From contig QPMI01000325.1 in the NCBI GenBank assembly GCA_004431415.1, positions 2,355 to 66,354 on the forward strand: a DNA stretch of 64,000 nt, read 5' to 3'. The position numbers and the translations under genes are program-made. The notes under the pieces are model-generated. The model ran no database searches. It was given only the letters and a program-made list of their open reading frames with translations, and was not told the origin of the DNA. The stretch comes from Cyanophora paradoxa CCMP329. Taxonomy: Eukaryota > Plantae > Glaucophyta. Shown piece after piece: positions 23,046-35,979 of this stretch; position 1 is the first letter of the stretch, and every line of letters begins with the position of its first letter.

Positions 23046-26000
23046 TCAGCGGCCCGAGGCGGAGCCCGGAGGGGCGGGGGCGGGGCCCCAGCCGCCCGAG
23101 GCGGGGGCGCCGGGGGCCCACGTGCCCGAGCCCCAGGGGGAGGCCGCCGCGTAGGGGGCGAACCCGTTGGGGGCGGCCGGCGGGGCGGGGGCGGGGGGCG
23201 GGGAGTAGGCCTCCGGGGCGGGCGGGGCCTCGACCTGGGCGAGGAAAGCGCAGACGTCGGGGAAGGAGGGCCGCTGGCTCCGCTCCGCGATGCACGCCGC
23301 CGTGAGGTGGGCGAGCCAGGGCGGGACGGCCGGCCCCGCGCGCTGCAGCCCGGCCACCATCTCGGGCGGCGTGCACCCGTCCCACGCCTCCTGCCGCACC
23401 GCCAGCTCCCTGCGCGCCGGCCCCCGTCAGCGGGGCGCGGGGGGCGTGGGGCGGGGCGGGGCGGACCAGAGGAGGACGCCGAAGGAGAAGACGTCGGCGG
23501 GGGCGGTGGGAGGCTCGCCGCGGAGCACCTCGGGGGAGACGTAGGCGGCCTTGGCGGCGCGGAAGTTGGGGTCCGGGGGCGCCCCGTAGTTGGCGACCTT
23601 GGCGCGCATGCCGGCGTCGAGGAGGACGTTGGCCGAGTGGAGGGCCCCGTGGTGGAGGCCCCGCGCGTGGAGGGCGTGCATCCCCGAGGCGACGTCGCGG
23701 GCGAGGGCGGCGACGAGGGCCCAGTCGAGGGCCAGGCCGCGGGCGTGCACGGCGTCGCGGAGGGAGCCGTTCGCCATGAACTCCATGACGAGGCAGGCGT
23801 GCGAGGCCTTGACGCAGACCCCGTGCACGGCGAGCACGTTGCCGTGCCGCACGCTCCGCAGCAGCTCCGCCCGCCGCCGCAGCGCCTCCACGAGGTCCGG
23901 CGAGGCGTTCCGGGGGACCTTGACCGCCACCTCCATCGTCCCGTTCCTGCCGGCCGGCGGCCTCAGCGGGGCGGGGCGGGGCGCGGGGCGGGGCGGGCGG
24001 GGCGGGCACCAGATGGCGCGGTAGACGTCGGCGGGGCGGGCACCAGATGGCGGGCACCAGATGGCGCGGGGCGCGGGGCGGGGCGGCGGGGCGGGCACCG
24101 CAGCTGCGCCGACGACGTGAGCTTGTCCCACGCCGCCCGCAGCTCCGGCGAGAGCCCGCTCTCGGCCCCGCGGGGCGGCGGCGGTCGGGAGGCGGCGCGC
24201 GCGGCGGCGGGCGCCGGGGCGAAGGCCGCGGCGGCCTCGTGCCAGCCGTTGGGGAGGAAGCCGCGCGCCCCGACGCTCCAGTCGGCGGCGGGCATGCCGT
24301 GCGGCGCCCCGAGCGGCGACGCCTGCGCCGAGGCGAGGGCGCCCCGGGGCGGACCAGTCGACGGCGGGGGCGAGGGGCGCGCCGAGGCCGGCGAGGCTCG
24401 GGGCGCCGATGCCGAGGGAGCTCGACCAGATGGAGCCGGCCGGGCTCGTGCTCCACGTGATGCTCGGCTTCACCCGCGGCGGGCCCCCCGCCGCCGCCGC
24501 CGCCGCTGCCGCCGCTGCCGCCGCCGCCGCCGCAGCCGCAGCGGCAGCGGCCGGCGTGCTCGGCCCCGGTCCCGGCTGCGGGAGCGGCTGCTGCTGGGGT
24601 GTGGATGGCTGCTGCAGGTGCGGGGAGGGGAGCGGGGCGAGCGCCTGGGGCGGGACGCCCGGCGCGGGGGAGGGTTGCGCGTGCGGGGGCGCCGCAGCCG
24701 GGGGCTGGCCCGGGCGTTGGGCCCAGCCCTCCCGAGGCGAGCTACCGGGCACAGCCGGGGGCGGCGCCGGTCCGGGTTGAGGTGGGACACCGGCCAGTCT
24801 CTGCTGCTGCTGCGGCGGAGGCTCGGGTGGCGCCGGCTGACCGGCGGTGAAGGGCTGGAAGGGAGGTGCGGTGGGGCGGGGGGCGGAGGTGGCGGCGGGA
24901 GGGGCGGGGGGAGGGGGGGCGGGGGCGCCGGGGGCTGAGGGCTCGACGACGAGGGGCGTGATTTCCGGCTTGACGTGCGCCCAAGGCGCCAGCTTGCTCC
25001 CTGCCGGCCTCCCCGCCGCAGCCGCCGCCGCCGCAGCAGCAGCAGCAGCTGCTGCCGCCGCCGCCGCTGGGGACGGGGCGGGGATCGGCGGGGGAGCGGG
25101 AGGTCGGGGCCCTTGGTGCCCCTGCCGCCGCGGGCAGAGGGCGGGGGCGCGGCCGCCTGCGCAGCGCCGGCCTTGCCGGCCGCCTGCGCCTGCACGGCCG
25201 CGGCCGCGGCGGCTGGCGGCTTGCCGGGGACCGGGGCGGCGGATGCGAGCTTGCGAGGCTCGTCGGGCTTGCGGACGGAGGCGGGGGCCTGGAGGGGCGT
25301 GGCGGGGAGGACGAGGGGCGGGGTGATGGGGGCGGGGAGGGGCAGGGCGGGGACCGGGGCGGGACGGGGACCGCCGGCTCGTCCTTGCGCTTCGGCTTCC
25401 GCGTCACAACCTCCCAATCGCTCGCCAGCACCCCGCCCGCGCCGCCCTTCCCGCCGGCCCCGCCCCCGCGCCGCCCTTGCCCTGCTGCCCCGCCCCCGCC
25501 TGCTGCGGCGGCGGCTGCTGCTGCCCGCCCTTGGCGCCCTTGCCGGCGCCCTTGCCGGCGGCGGCGGCCGAGGTGGAGGCGGGCGAGGCCTGCGGCTGCG
25601 CGGCCGCCGGCCCGTCCTCCTTCTCCTCCTTCTTCGCCCCGCTGCCCGAGGCCTTGCCGGGCCGGCCTTCCCCTCGGCCCCCGGCTTGCCCGCCTGCGCC
25701 TTCTCCGCGCCCTTGCCCGCCCCGCTCGCCTCCGCCGACGCCTCCGCCTTGCGCCCATCCGCCTTGCCCGCCTCCGCCTTCTTCGGCTCCTCGCCTCGCT
25801 TCTTCTCCGCCTGCTTCTTCTCCGCCTTGCCCGTCGCCCCCGGCGCCCCCGAGGACGATGAGGACGACGCCGGGGCCGCCGGGGCCGCCGCCGGGGCCGG
25901 GCGGCGGAGCGTTGGGCGGCGGCGGGGCGGGGCGCCGGCTCGCGCGCCGAGGCGGCGGTCGGCTGCTCCTCCTCGCTCTCCTCCTCGCTGCTGCTGCCCG

Positions 26001-29000
26001 AGCCGGCGCTCGCGCTCTCCGTCTCCACGCTGCTCGCCTCCGCCGCCCGCGCCGCCGGCGCCGGCGCCGGCGCGGCCGCTGCCGCCTTGGCGCCCTTGCC
26101 GTTGGCGGGGGCGGGCGGGGCGGGCTTGGCGGCCTCCTTCTCGCGCTCCTTCTCGGCGATGGCGGCGGCGCGGGCGACGGCGGCGGCGAGGGTGGCGGGC
26201 ACGGGCTCGGCGGCCGGCCAGGAGCGGGCGTCGCGGTAATATAGGGCGTCCACCATGAGGCTCTCGGCCGTCGTCAGCAGCGCCCGGATCGTCCCCTCCA
26301 GCGCCTCCCCCCCGATCTCCTCGAGCGCCCCCTCCCCCGCCCGCACCACGTGCATCAGGTGCAGGCTCTCCGGCGGGCACGCCAGCCGCTTCACGAGGAT
26401 GCCGTGGATCTTGGAGAGCGGCGACCGCGTCGAGGCCTGCGCAGCGGCTCGAGGCGGGGGCGGGGCGGGGGCGGGGCGGCGGCGGGGGCGGGGGCGGGGC
26501 GGGGGCACCTTGAGGGTCCAGCGGACCTTCTCGGGGAGGGCGAGGTCGTGGACGCGGAGGGTGACGTTGCCGGCGAGGAACTTGTAGAAGTCGGCGGCGG
26601 AGGCGAGGGGGACCTGGGCGAAGGGCCGCGTCTGGAAGCAGACGATGTCGCCCGACTCGATCTCGGCCTTGGACATGGTCGTCTCGGGGTCCAGCGCCTC
26701 CAGCTCCCCCGGCTTCACCTCCTGGTACGCAACCAGGTTCGCCAGCGCCGACTCCCGGCTCCCCTGCCCCGCCGCCACCCCGGACCGCTGCACCGCCCGC
26801 CGCAGCGCCGGCGCCAGGTGCGACACCCGCGTCCGGCCCTTCACCAGCGTGTACCCCACGTACCTGCGCGGCGCCGCGTGAGCTGTGGGGGGCGGGGCGG
26901 GGCGGGGCGTGGGCGGGGGCGGACTCGAGGAGCTGGCGCTCAGGGTCGTAGAACTTCATGTGGAGCATGCGGTCGTCGGTGGTGAGCATGGGGGCGGGGC
27001 CGGCCGGCGCCCCCTTGGCGCCCTTGCCGCCGGCCTCGTCGGCGGTGGTCTCGAGGAAGAGGAAGACCTCGTCGACGCCGAGGAAGGTCTCCCGGAGCTC
27101 GACGGTCTTCTTGTTGAGCAGCACGGGCGTGTCCGGCCGGAAGGTCTTGTTCAGGCGCGTCTGGAAGAGCCACAGCCGTTGCTTGTCCGGCGTGATGGAG
27201 AAGCGGTCGCGGATGGCCTCCTGGAAGTCGTCCACGGAGAGGGAGCGCGGCAGCTGGAACGAGGGCACCCGCTCGAACTCGATCAGCTCCGCCGCGTTCT
27301 TGTGCGCCCGCAGCTCCGCCTCCGTCGCCACCTGCCCCGCCCGTCGCGCCGGGCGGGGCGGGGCGGGGCGGGCGGGGCGGGGCGGGGCGGGCGGGCCTTG
27401 AAGGTGATGGGGGCGTCGTTCTTGTCCTTGGAGGCGGTCTCGGTGGCGGTCCCGTCGTGGTCGCGCGGGTCCGACTCCAGCTCCTTCTTCAGCGAGTCCG
27501 GCACCTCCTGCCCCGCACGTCACGCCCAGCGGGGGCGGGGGGCGGGGGGCGGCGCGGGGCAGGGCGGACGTCGAGGGTGAGGGCGGCCATGACGGTGGGG
27601 GCCTCGGCCTTGCGGACGTACACGAGCATGCAGGCCGAGTAGTCCACGGGGTCGGTCACGTTGGAGCCGCCGAAGTTGGCCCCGATGGCGAGCTTCTCGA
27701 CGACGCGGCGCACGTCCTCGTCGCTGAACTCGTACCACGAGCCCGTCATGTCCGGCCGGATGTACGCCAGGTACAGGTCCGTCGTCCCGTCGATCCCGTG
27801 CACGATGACGCTGTCCCCGCCCCGCCCCCTCGGCACCCCGCCCGCCCCGGGCGCGCCGGCCGGCGGGGCGCGCGGACCTCTGGAGCTCGTAGATCGAGCT
27901 CTCCTTGGACTGCGCGTCGGCGGGGAGGTACCGAGCCAGGTCCAGCACCCCGGGGTACTCGAAGTGGTCCGTCACCTGCACGCCGCTCGCGCCGCCCGGG
28001 GCGCGGGGCGCGGGGCGCGGGGCGGGCGGGGGGGCGCGCCTTGACGTATTTCTTGAGGTGCGGGTCGAAGAGGGCGCGCTCAAGGTGCAGGCGGAGGATG
28101 GGGGGGAACGAGAGGAACTTCTTCGTCTGGCGGGCCTTCTTCGCGTCGATGTCGCCGTTCGCGTTGCTCTTGTAGTAGTCCAGGTCGCCCTCGGAGACGT
28201 ACTTGTCCAGCGCCTCGTACAGGCCAGCGCAACCGCGCACCTGCAGCGTCAGATGTGCCCCGCGGACCGTCGAGGAGGCAGCCACGGGCAGCGGGAGCGA
28301 GCGGGCCGGCTGCCGGCGCAAGGATATCTCTGAACTTCTCCTTGCCGGACCAGTCGCACTCGCCGTCGGCGCTCTTGACGGTGCAGAGGAGCTCTCCTTC
28401 GAGCAGCCGCGAGACGGCCCCCTCCTCCTTGGTGCTCTATGCAGCGGCTCGGCGCAGCGGGGGCGGCGGCGAGAGGAGGGGCGGGACCTTGGTGAGGAGG
28501 TCGATGGCGCCGCAGAGGAAGGCGTCGATGGGGTGCACGCCCTGCAGCCTGCGGAGACCCTCCTGCACCGAGTCCATCCCCAGCGTCTTCACCAGGCCCG
28601 CCACCAGGTCCGACGTGTCCGCCGAGCCCTTCCCCGAACCCGTCCCGTGCGCCCCGCCCTCCCGCTGCAGCTTGTAGAAGATCCGCTGCATCTCGTACGG
28701 CCAGCTCCGCTGCGTCGACGACCCCGTCCCCGCCGCGCCCGCGCTGCCGGCGCCGGCGTTCGCTACCGCGCCCCCTGTACCGCTGCCGCTGCCGCTGCCG
28801 CTGCCGCTACCGCTACCGCTACTGCCGCCGCTGCCGCTGCCACTCGCCGCCCCGGCTGCTGCACCTGCCACCGCGCTCGAGCTACAGACGACCGCGGATG
28901 AGCCAACGGTCATCCCGCTTGCAGAAGCTATTGCCCCGGAGAGAGCTGGGGCTGCGCTGACGCTCTGCGAGCTCGCCATGTGGTACGCGACCTGCGCAGG

Positions 29001-30005
29001 GCAGCGGGCGGGTCGTTCATGGGCAACCGCAGCAGAGAGAGTGAGCAGGACGTAAAGCAACTTTGCGCACTCTTCGGAGCGCCGGCAAGTGAAACATGAT
29101 CTGCAGGAGAGGTCCGAGGAAGCCCGTGTCGTGGCTCTCGCGGTTCACGACACCGGCAAAGGGGCACTTCTTACTGCTATCCTTGCCAGCGCTGCAGGAA
29201 GCGCAAACGAAAGGAATCAACGCCGGGAGAAAGAACGGTGGTGCGGGATGCGCATGGACTCACGCGGGCTTCGCAGGGAGGCTTGGAACTTCGGATGCGC
29301 TGACGGACACGTCGATGGTCATGGTGACCTTCAGTGTGTCGTCCACAAGAAAGCCCTGAGTGGCGTCCGTGAGTGTCTCCACCCGCATGAAGTTCTTCCA
29401 TCCTGCGGATGGTGTCCGTGAGCGAAAGCGGTCGGGATGATTGCGTCGCATCTGGAGCTGGGGCGCACCCCATTCGGGAGTCTCGGCACAGAAGATTTGC
29501 TTAGCATCGGCTGCGGGGCGGCCGAGCGTCAAGGTTGTCCGGCTTCGCGGGATGGATGGCAGCTAGCATTGACGCACCGCGCGTGCAGCTCTTGCTTTCA
29601 TCCTTCTGGTTCACTATGGTTAGCGTGAACAATGCCGGCCGCTTCCACCCCTGTCGGCCGCACGGTTCAGGCACGGAGGCAGGCGTGGGGCGACGGCTAG
29701 CGGCGCGCCTTCGGGAGTTTGGTGGTGTCGACGGCGACGTACAGTCCAAGCTCTTCTACACCTTCTCCAGGCGGAAACACAAGCATCCGCCACTTGTACC
29801 TGGGCAAAGATCGAGCGATCAATGCCCGCTCCGGCGCTCAGGACGGCGTGTCGCCGGCCCTCACCCGCCGAGCTGGAACGCATCGCAATAGAACTTCTTC
29901 CGCGATCGTTTGCTGAACCTGCGGGCGGCTGAGACGAGCGACGGCGGGACCGCCGACAAGCGGTGCGAACCGTCGGAAGACGAATGTAGTCGTCTTCCTG
30001 CTCAT
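23046..30005 (-). CDS. USP7-like MATH + pseudo-USP + UBL domains, apparently fused via a low-complexity linker to a TKL-like pseudokinase
   Basis: MATH: GGYKWRMLVFP..LGLYV..FTLTIVNQ..WGWKNFM..GFLVDDTL. USP-fold blocks: FLSFPPILRLHLER, HFEYPGVLDL, WYEFSDEDV, ACMLVYVR. UBL: RLWLFQTRLNKTFRP, MKFYDP. Kinase: VAVK, LVMEFMANGSL, YVSPEVL, DVFSFGVLLWE, RPSF. A single gene is inferred; the linker has apparent indels. Confidence 0.72.
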
Positions 30006-30096
30006 CGTATCGCAACCGCCCGCCCGCGCAAAGCGCGGGTTTTTGACGACCGTACCCGGACAGAGATTACCCCCCTCCCCGAGACGAAGACGTGTG

Positions 30097-31929
30097 ATGC
30101 ACTTCGTAGCGTCATGTGCCTTCAGCCTCCCTGCGGCCGGTCGTGCCGTTGGGGGGGTGCCAGGCCGCCAGATCGCGTCCCGGGGCGCGGGACCGTCAAC
30201 TCCAGCACCGGCTGCCCGGCCAGCGGAGCGTACGTCTTTCTTCGGGGACGCTGCGTGAGCTCCATGCTTCATCTCGCTGTGTGCTTGCTTTTGTTGCTGA
30301 TCCTGACGCGGCCCTTGGTCGGCTAGGCGATTTGATCATGATCCGTCGCGTCGGCTGGTCGGCCGGAGTCGCGTCAGGGGCTGCTCACAGCTCCAAATTT
30401 CTTCATTCGACAAAACCAACAAACCCGGAAGCAACGACAGCAGATCTGACCGCAACAACGACACCGGTGCGGTGTTGGATTCCGTTGCAGCTACTCCCTG
30501 CTCGCCGCCGCTGCACTGACGCGACTCTTCAGATCGAGAATCAAACCCCGGCAACTTCAGTCATAACCTGTTGACCGTGATCGGCGAGGCTTGCAGCACC
30601 GAGCGTGTGGTGGCCGTGCAAGCGCTGCAGTCTTTATACATGTTCCTCGAGGGCGAGGAGGACTTTACGCTCCTGCTCGAGGTTCGAGTCTGCATTGCTG
30701 ACTGCACTGCCGGCATGCGCCAGCGCTCACAGCGGGCAGGAGTGGGAGACGCTCTCTGTGCTGCTGCCGCTCCTCGCGCACAGGGAGACCGAAGTCGCGA
30801 GCCTCGCGACGCAGATCGTGGAGCTGCTCTGCCTCCAGGGTGCGAGCGCTCTCTGGGGGCCGGCGGCTCGGCCTGACGGGGTGGGACGTGGGGGGGCAGA
30901 GCCGACGCGGGCGAGGCTGGCGGCCATGGGCGTTATTCCACAACTCCTGGAGCTGCTTCGGCGGCGGGACCGCCGGCTCCTGCGCGGCGTCCTCCGCATC
31001 CTCTTCAACATCCTCCCCGGCACGCCGCCCCGCCTCCCGCCGGCGCCGGGGCGCGCTGAGCGGGGGCGGGCGGGTAGTGCGGAACCAGGAGTACCTGGAG
31101 GAGGTGGGGGACGCGGTGGCGCAGCTTGTTCGGGCGGCCGAGGAGGAGGCGGATCCCGAGCTGCATCGCCTGATATCAGGCCTCACCTTCGCGTTTTCTG
31201 TCGATGAGCGGAACTGGAAGACGCTGGGCGCCCAGGGGGCCATCCCCGCCCTCGTGCGCCTCCTGGACAGCCCGTCCGACGAGGCGCGCGAGTACAGCGC
31301 CCGCGCCCTCGGCGCCCTCGCCTGCTGCGAGTCCAACTGGGTCGGCATCCTGCGCACGGGCGGCTTCGAGAAGCTGGTGGGGATGCTCTCGGAGGGGCGG
31401 GAGAGCCTGCGGGAGAGCGCGGCGACGGCGATCTTCGCGCCCTCGAACGCGTACGACGCGCGCGTCTTCGAGGCGGCCGTGGCGCCCCTCGTCGCCGGCC
31501 TCTCCTCGGGCAGCGCGCGCCTGCAGTCGGCATGCGCGTCGGCCCTCTGGGGCCTGGCGGGGCACCCGCGCCTGCGGCAGCTCATCGGCGAGGCCGGCGG
31601 CGTGCCCGGCCTCGCCCGCCTCGCCCGCGAGTCCGCCCTCCCCAAGACCGTCGAGTACGCCCTCCGCGCCCTCACACTCCTCGCCCAGGACGGTGCCCCC
31701 GCCCCCCGCGCTCCGCTCCTCCTGCCCAGCGCCGCGCGCTGAGCGGGGGCCGGGCCGGGCCGGCGGGGCAGAGCGGGAGCTCCAGTACGAGCTGAACCTC
31801 GGGGCGCGGGAGGTCTGCATGCGCCGCCTCGCCGACTCCGAGGAGCGCGTCGCCTGGGCCGCCGGCCGCATGCTCTGGAACATCACCGCCCCGCACATCC
31901 AAATCTCCGGCAACTCCTGGAACAACTAG
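30097..31929 (+). CDS. Armadillo-repeat protein with putative plastid transit peptide
   Basis: ARM motifs MGVIPQLLELL, QGAIPALVRLLDS..AREYSARALGALA, GGFEKLVGML..RESAATAI, AGGVPGLARL. N-terminus MHFVASCAFSLP..SFFG. Confidence 0.8.
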
Positions 31930-32994
31930 CGCTAGCTATAGCCCGGCCGCGGGCCCGCGGCCGCCCTCAGCTCTGTTTCCGTCAGCAGCATTTCAAGTCA
32001 GCTTTCATGGTGTTTCACGGCGTAGATTTCCTTTGCATTTGGTACTCCGGGATCGGGAGCGGGATCGTTTGAATGTACAGTACTTGTAGTTGTCAGCGGG
32101 TCCGATCACGATCGCGAGTTTCGATTCGTGAAGTTCGACTTTCCTCTTCGCATATATAATCCCTCATTTTCACACAGTGTTTAGTGCCCCGGGCAGTTGT
32201 TCAGCGTTTGTAGAGTGAGGTATTTCATGTGTGTACAAGAATTCGAAGTCGCTAATAGTGTCGACGTCACTTATATACCAGGTTTTCAGGCTGAGATCAT
32301 CGGACTTGCAACTGAACTTCAGAATAATCGGACTTGAACTTCGAATTCAAATTAACCACTGGGCCAGAAACAATGAAGCCTAAAGAAGCCTCAAAATCAG
32401 CTTACTCGCGGCCCATGAGAATTCGAATCATGATCAGAGTTCAACGGTTTCAAGTTTGAACTGAGAATCTGCCATCCGATGATCATGATCATGCATTCGA
32501 CCACTGTACCAAGCCTCAGGGCCTGCCCAGTGCCAGACTCTGATCATCGGATCATGATCATGAGACTGAACATGAGGCCGACTCCCCGTCGCCAAGTCGC
32601 CCCGCCGTCGCTGAGTCGCGAGTCCGACGGTCCCGGGCCCGGGGTCCGAGTCGGAACCGTTGAACCGTCCGTCGGACCGACTTGCAATTTGTGCCCCACG
32701 CCGTGACCGGACGCGTTAAGCTTGGCCTCACTGTCAATTCACTGAGTCAGGGCCCGCGCGCGGCCGCTGCCTTGAACTTACACATGCATGTACAAGGCTT
32801 CAAGGCTCCCAGATCTAGACTCGTGAGAGCCCGGAGTCCCGGAGAGCAGACTAAGCCGCTGAGCCTCGCTTCATCATTGAGCCTTGTAAATTCAACAGTC
32901 ACAGTACGAGCTCCTGCCTGCCTGTCACAGCAGTCCCCTGCCTGCCTGTCTCCCTGCAAAATGGATCCGGCCAGCGGGCGGCGGGGGCGGCGCC

Positions 32995-34563
32995 TCAGGA
33001 CCAGTCGTCGCCGCCGCCGAGGAGGCCGCCGAGCTTGGACTTGCTCTTCTTGTCGCCGCCGCCGCCGAGGAGGCCCGAGTCCTCCCCGCCCGGCGACATC
33101 ATCGTCGCCTCGCCGCCCTCGGGCGAGGCGTTGCGCCGCTGCGGCTGCTGCTGCTGGCCCCCGCCGAAGTCCAGGTTCTGGATGAAATCTATCGCGCTCT
33201 CCGACTGGGCCTTCCCCGCCGTGGAGACGGTCAGGCCGTGCGGGTTGTGCGAGCCGCCCGAGTGGTAGTGCGACGCCTTCGGGTGCTGGTGCACGGGCGG
33301 CGTCGCCGGCGCCGGCGCGCTCGTCGAGAAGAAGTCGAACAGGTCCGCGCTCTGCTGCTCCGCCGCCTTCGCCGCCGCAGCCGCCTGCGGAGGGCGTGCC
33401 GCCGCTGCCGCGGGCTGGGAGCCTGTCGCTCCCGTCAGCCGGGGCCGGGCGGGGAGGAGACGGGGACGCCGCACTGGCGAAGAAGTCCACGTTGTCAGAG
33501 GCCGGCTTGACGGCCTGCTGGGAGGAACCAACGTTCGCGGGGAAGTGCTGCGGGATCTGCGGCGCGCCTCGCCGGTCGGCGCCGGCGAGGGGTCCGCCGC
33601 GCCCGCTTACCTTGCCGCCCCTCGCCGGCGGGCTCTCGATCTTGTCAAAGTCATCGTCCATCGAGAGCATGCCTCCGGGACTGTCCGCGTTCGCCACCTG
33701 GTTGCCGACTGAGGCGTAGTTCCCACCGGCGCCGGAGAAGAGGTTGCTCAGCTTGTCCAGCGTCGATCCGTTCCCCACGATGGAGAGTGTGCCCCCAGGC
33801 AGCACCTTGTGACCCGCCTGCTCCACCGAACGCCCTGCGTCCGAGGCGGTCAGCCACCGGGGCCGCGCGCCGCCGGGCGCAATCAGAGCACCGAGCTTCT
33901 CGAAGCCACCCTTCATGTCTTGGACGCCGTCCTTCAGCTTGTCGAAGATCACCCCGACCGAAGGCTGCGTGAGCGGCTGCACAGGGAAACAACTGAGCTT
34001 GGCTTCCAAGCCGCCCGACTTGGCAGCACTCACTTTGAGCGCCTCGGCAGGCGATTTGCTTCTTGGGGAGATCCCGCCGGACGGGGCGGTTGGCAGCTTC
34101 ATCGCCTGAGAAGTAGATTGTTGCACGGGGCCGCTCGTCACAACAGGCCTGCAGGATGGTGTGCGCGTGAGCGAGCGCTGCCGGTAGATGTCAGCGAGCA
34201 CTTACTTCTGATTCATCTGGATGCCTGCCTTGGCCAGCTTATCTCGTGCCTCGTTGAGCTGCTGCTGAAGAGCTTGCCGAGCGGCCTGCACGTATGCAAC
34301 ACATCAGCGTCGTGGCGACCACTTCTGACAAGGCTCACGATCTCTGTGTCGAGGGACGCGCGCAGAGACTGGATCTGCGCGATGTAAAGTTTCTCCTGCG
34401 CCCAGTGATTAGCTGGACGCGCGTTTGCGCGGCTGGACTTCGGTACTCTTGCCTTCTCATCGCTCATTCCCATGACTCCGCCCGACGAGCCCTCGTTCAA
34501 GCGGCGCCGGAGCTCGTCCAGCAGGTCACCATTGCTGAGCAACTTCGCAGCAACAGCCGCCAT
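32995..34563 (-). CDS. Hypothetical protein with an N-terminal coiled coil and a disordered tail carrying DFF/DLF motifs
   Basis: Consistent GT/GC-AG splicing gives ALQQQLNEARDKL, DNVDFFA, ADLFDFF and the ending GGGDDWS. No family recognised. Confidence 0.6.
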
Positions 34564-34800
34564 CGACAGCCGAGCGGTTGACCTTTAGATCCGCGCGGCA
34601 GCTGACGTCGCTTGTCCGGGCGCTTGCGATCCTCGCTGTACTAATGCTTGTTGCCACTAGACCAGACCAGGTGCACTGATCTACTATTCCGCAGCACACG
34701 ATCGCCTTCAAACACGTTTTGAAATTCGCGTAGCCCCCATTCAAAACCGCGGCATAACCGCCGAAGCGCGAGCGCAGCATTAGCTACAGCGCAGCATTAG

Positions 34801-35979
34801 ATGCCGCGGGCGCTGCGGGCCGAGCCGGCGCTTGCGGCATCAGAGATAGACCACGAAGTCATCGAGCAGCGGGGTCCTCGCCCAGACGACGCCTACCTTC
34901 CGCTCGTCCTCGCACACGGACTGGACAGTGGCCTGCCGACATGGGATCCGATCGTCGAGGGGCTGACGCAGCGCGGCGTCCCGGTTGTGCGCTACAACGC
35001 ACGGGGATCGGGCGGCACGCCTGCAAGGGGGGACTTTCTTACACCAGAGACCCAGGCGGGTGATCTACTTGCCCTCATTGACGGCCTCGGTCTGCCCTCG
35101 GTCCCTCTCGAATGGGATGCCAGCTTGCTGCAACTTACAGGCCTCTTCGGCAGGCCTCCGGCGCGCCAACCTTCTGGGCCACTCCCTTGGTGCCCGCACC
35201 TGCCTCCAATTCTCCGCCATGCACCCCGATCGTGTCGGCTGCGTCGTCTTCGAGGTGCGCGGTGCGGCGAGGCGCGCTGCGTGCGCTGATGTGCTGTACG
35301 CGTCGCGGGGGGCGAGCAGGACATGGAGTTCGTGCGGCGGGGCCGGGCGCGCACGGAGGAGGCGACGCTGGAGCGGGCGGCGCAGCTGCGCGAGGCCGAG
35401 CCGCCGCCGGGGGCCGCCTGGGCCCTCCCCGACCTAGAGCGCGTCCTGGAGCGCATGTACGGGGCGGAGGACGAGCGGGCGCGCGTGGAGGGGAACCCGA
35501 AGGTGCGGGCGCGGGGCGGCGCGTACGAGCTCTCCTTCACGCCGCACGTCAACCCCCTCTGGTCCTACTTCGCCAACTGCCTCGACCTCCACGACGAGGC
35601 CCGCTCCCGCCCGCCCCCGCCGCCTCGCCCCTCCGGCCCCGGCCGAGGCGGCGGCAGGTGGCGGCGGCGGCGGCGGCGGGCGTGCCGATGCTGCTCGTGC
35701 GGGCGGAGCCCGGGCAGTCGGCCGTCACGGAGCGCGGCGCGCGCCTCTTCCTCCAGGCAGCCGGCCCCGCCGGCCGCGTCGCCATGGTCCGCAACGCCGG
35801 CCACAGGTCCGTCCCCCGCCCCCGCGCCGGCGCGCGTCTGAGGGGGCGGCAGCATCCACGGGGCGCGCCCGCAGGAGTTCCTCCGCCTCGTCCTCGAATT
35901 CCTCGAGGCGCAGCCGCGCTCCCGCGCCGGTCCCCGCGCTCCTGCCGCCCCCGCCGGATACGCGCCAAGCCCCGCGTGA
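34801..35979 (+). CDS. Alpha/beta hydrolase
   Basis: PLVLAHGL, VVRYNARGSG, AGDLLALIDGL, nucleophile motif LLGHSLG, VRNAGHSIH..PQEF. Confidence 0.88.

Noticed and set aside
24000-24075. Triple gcaccagatggcg repeat as a regulatory or CRISPR-like array
   Set aside because: It duplicates the VYRAIW exon-donor junction with irregular spacing. A local duplication or misassembly is more likely.
25380-25930. Frame switches in the USP-kinase linker (about 25450 and 25670) as programmed frameshifts
   Set aside because: They fall in or beside G/C runs with no slippery heptamer, so assembly indels are more likely. Raw reads are needed.
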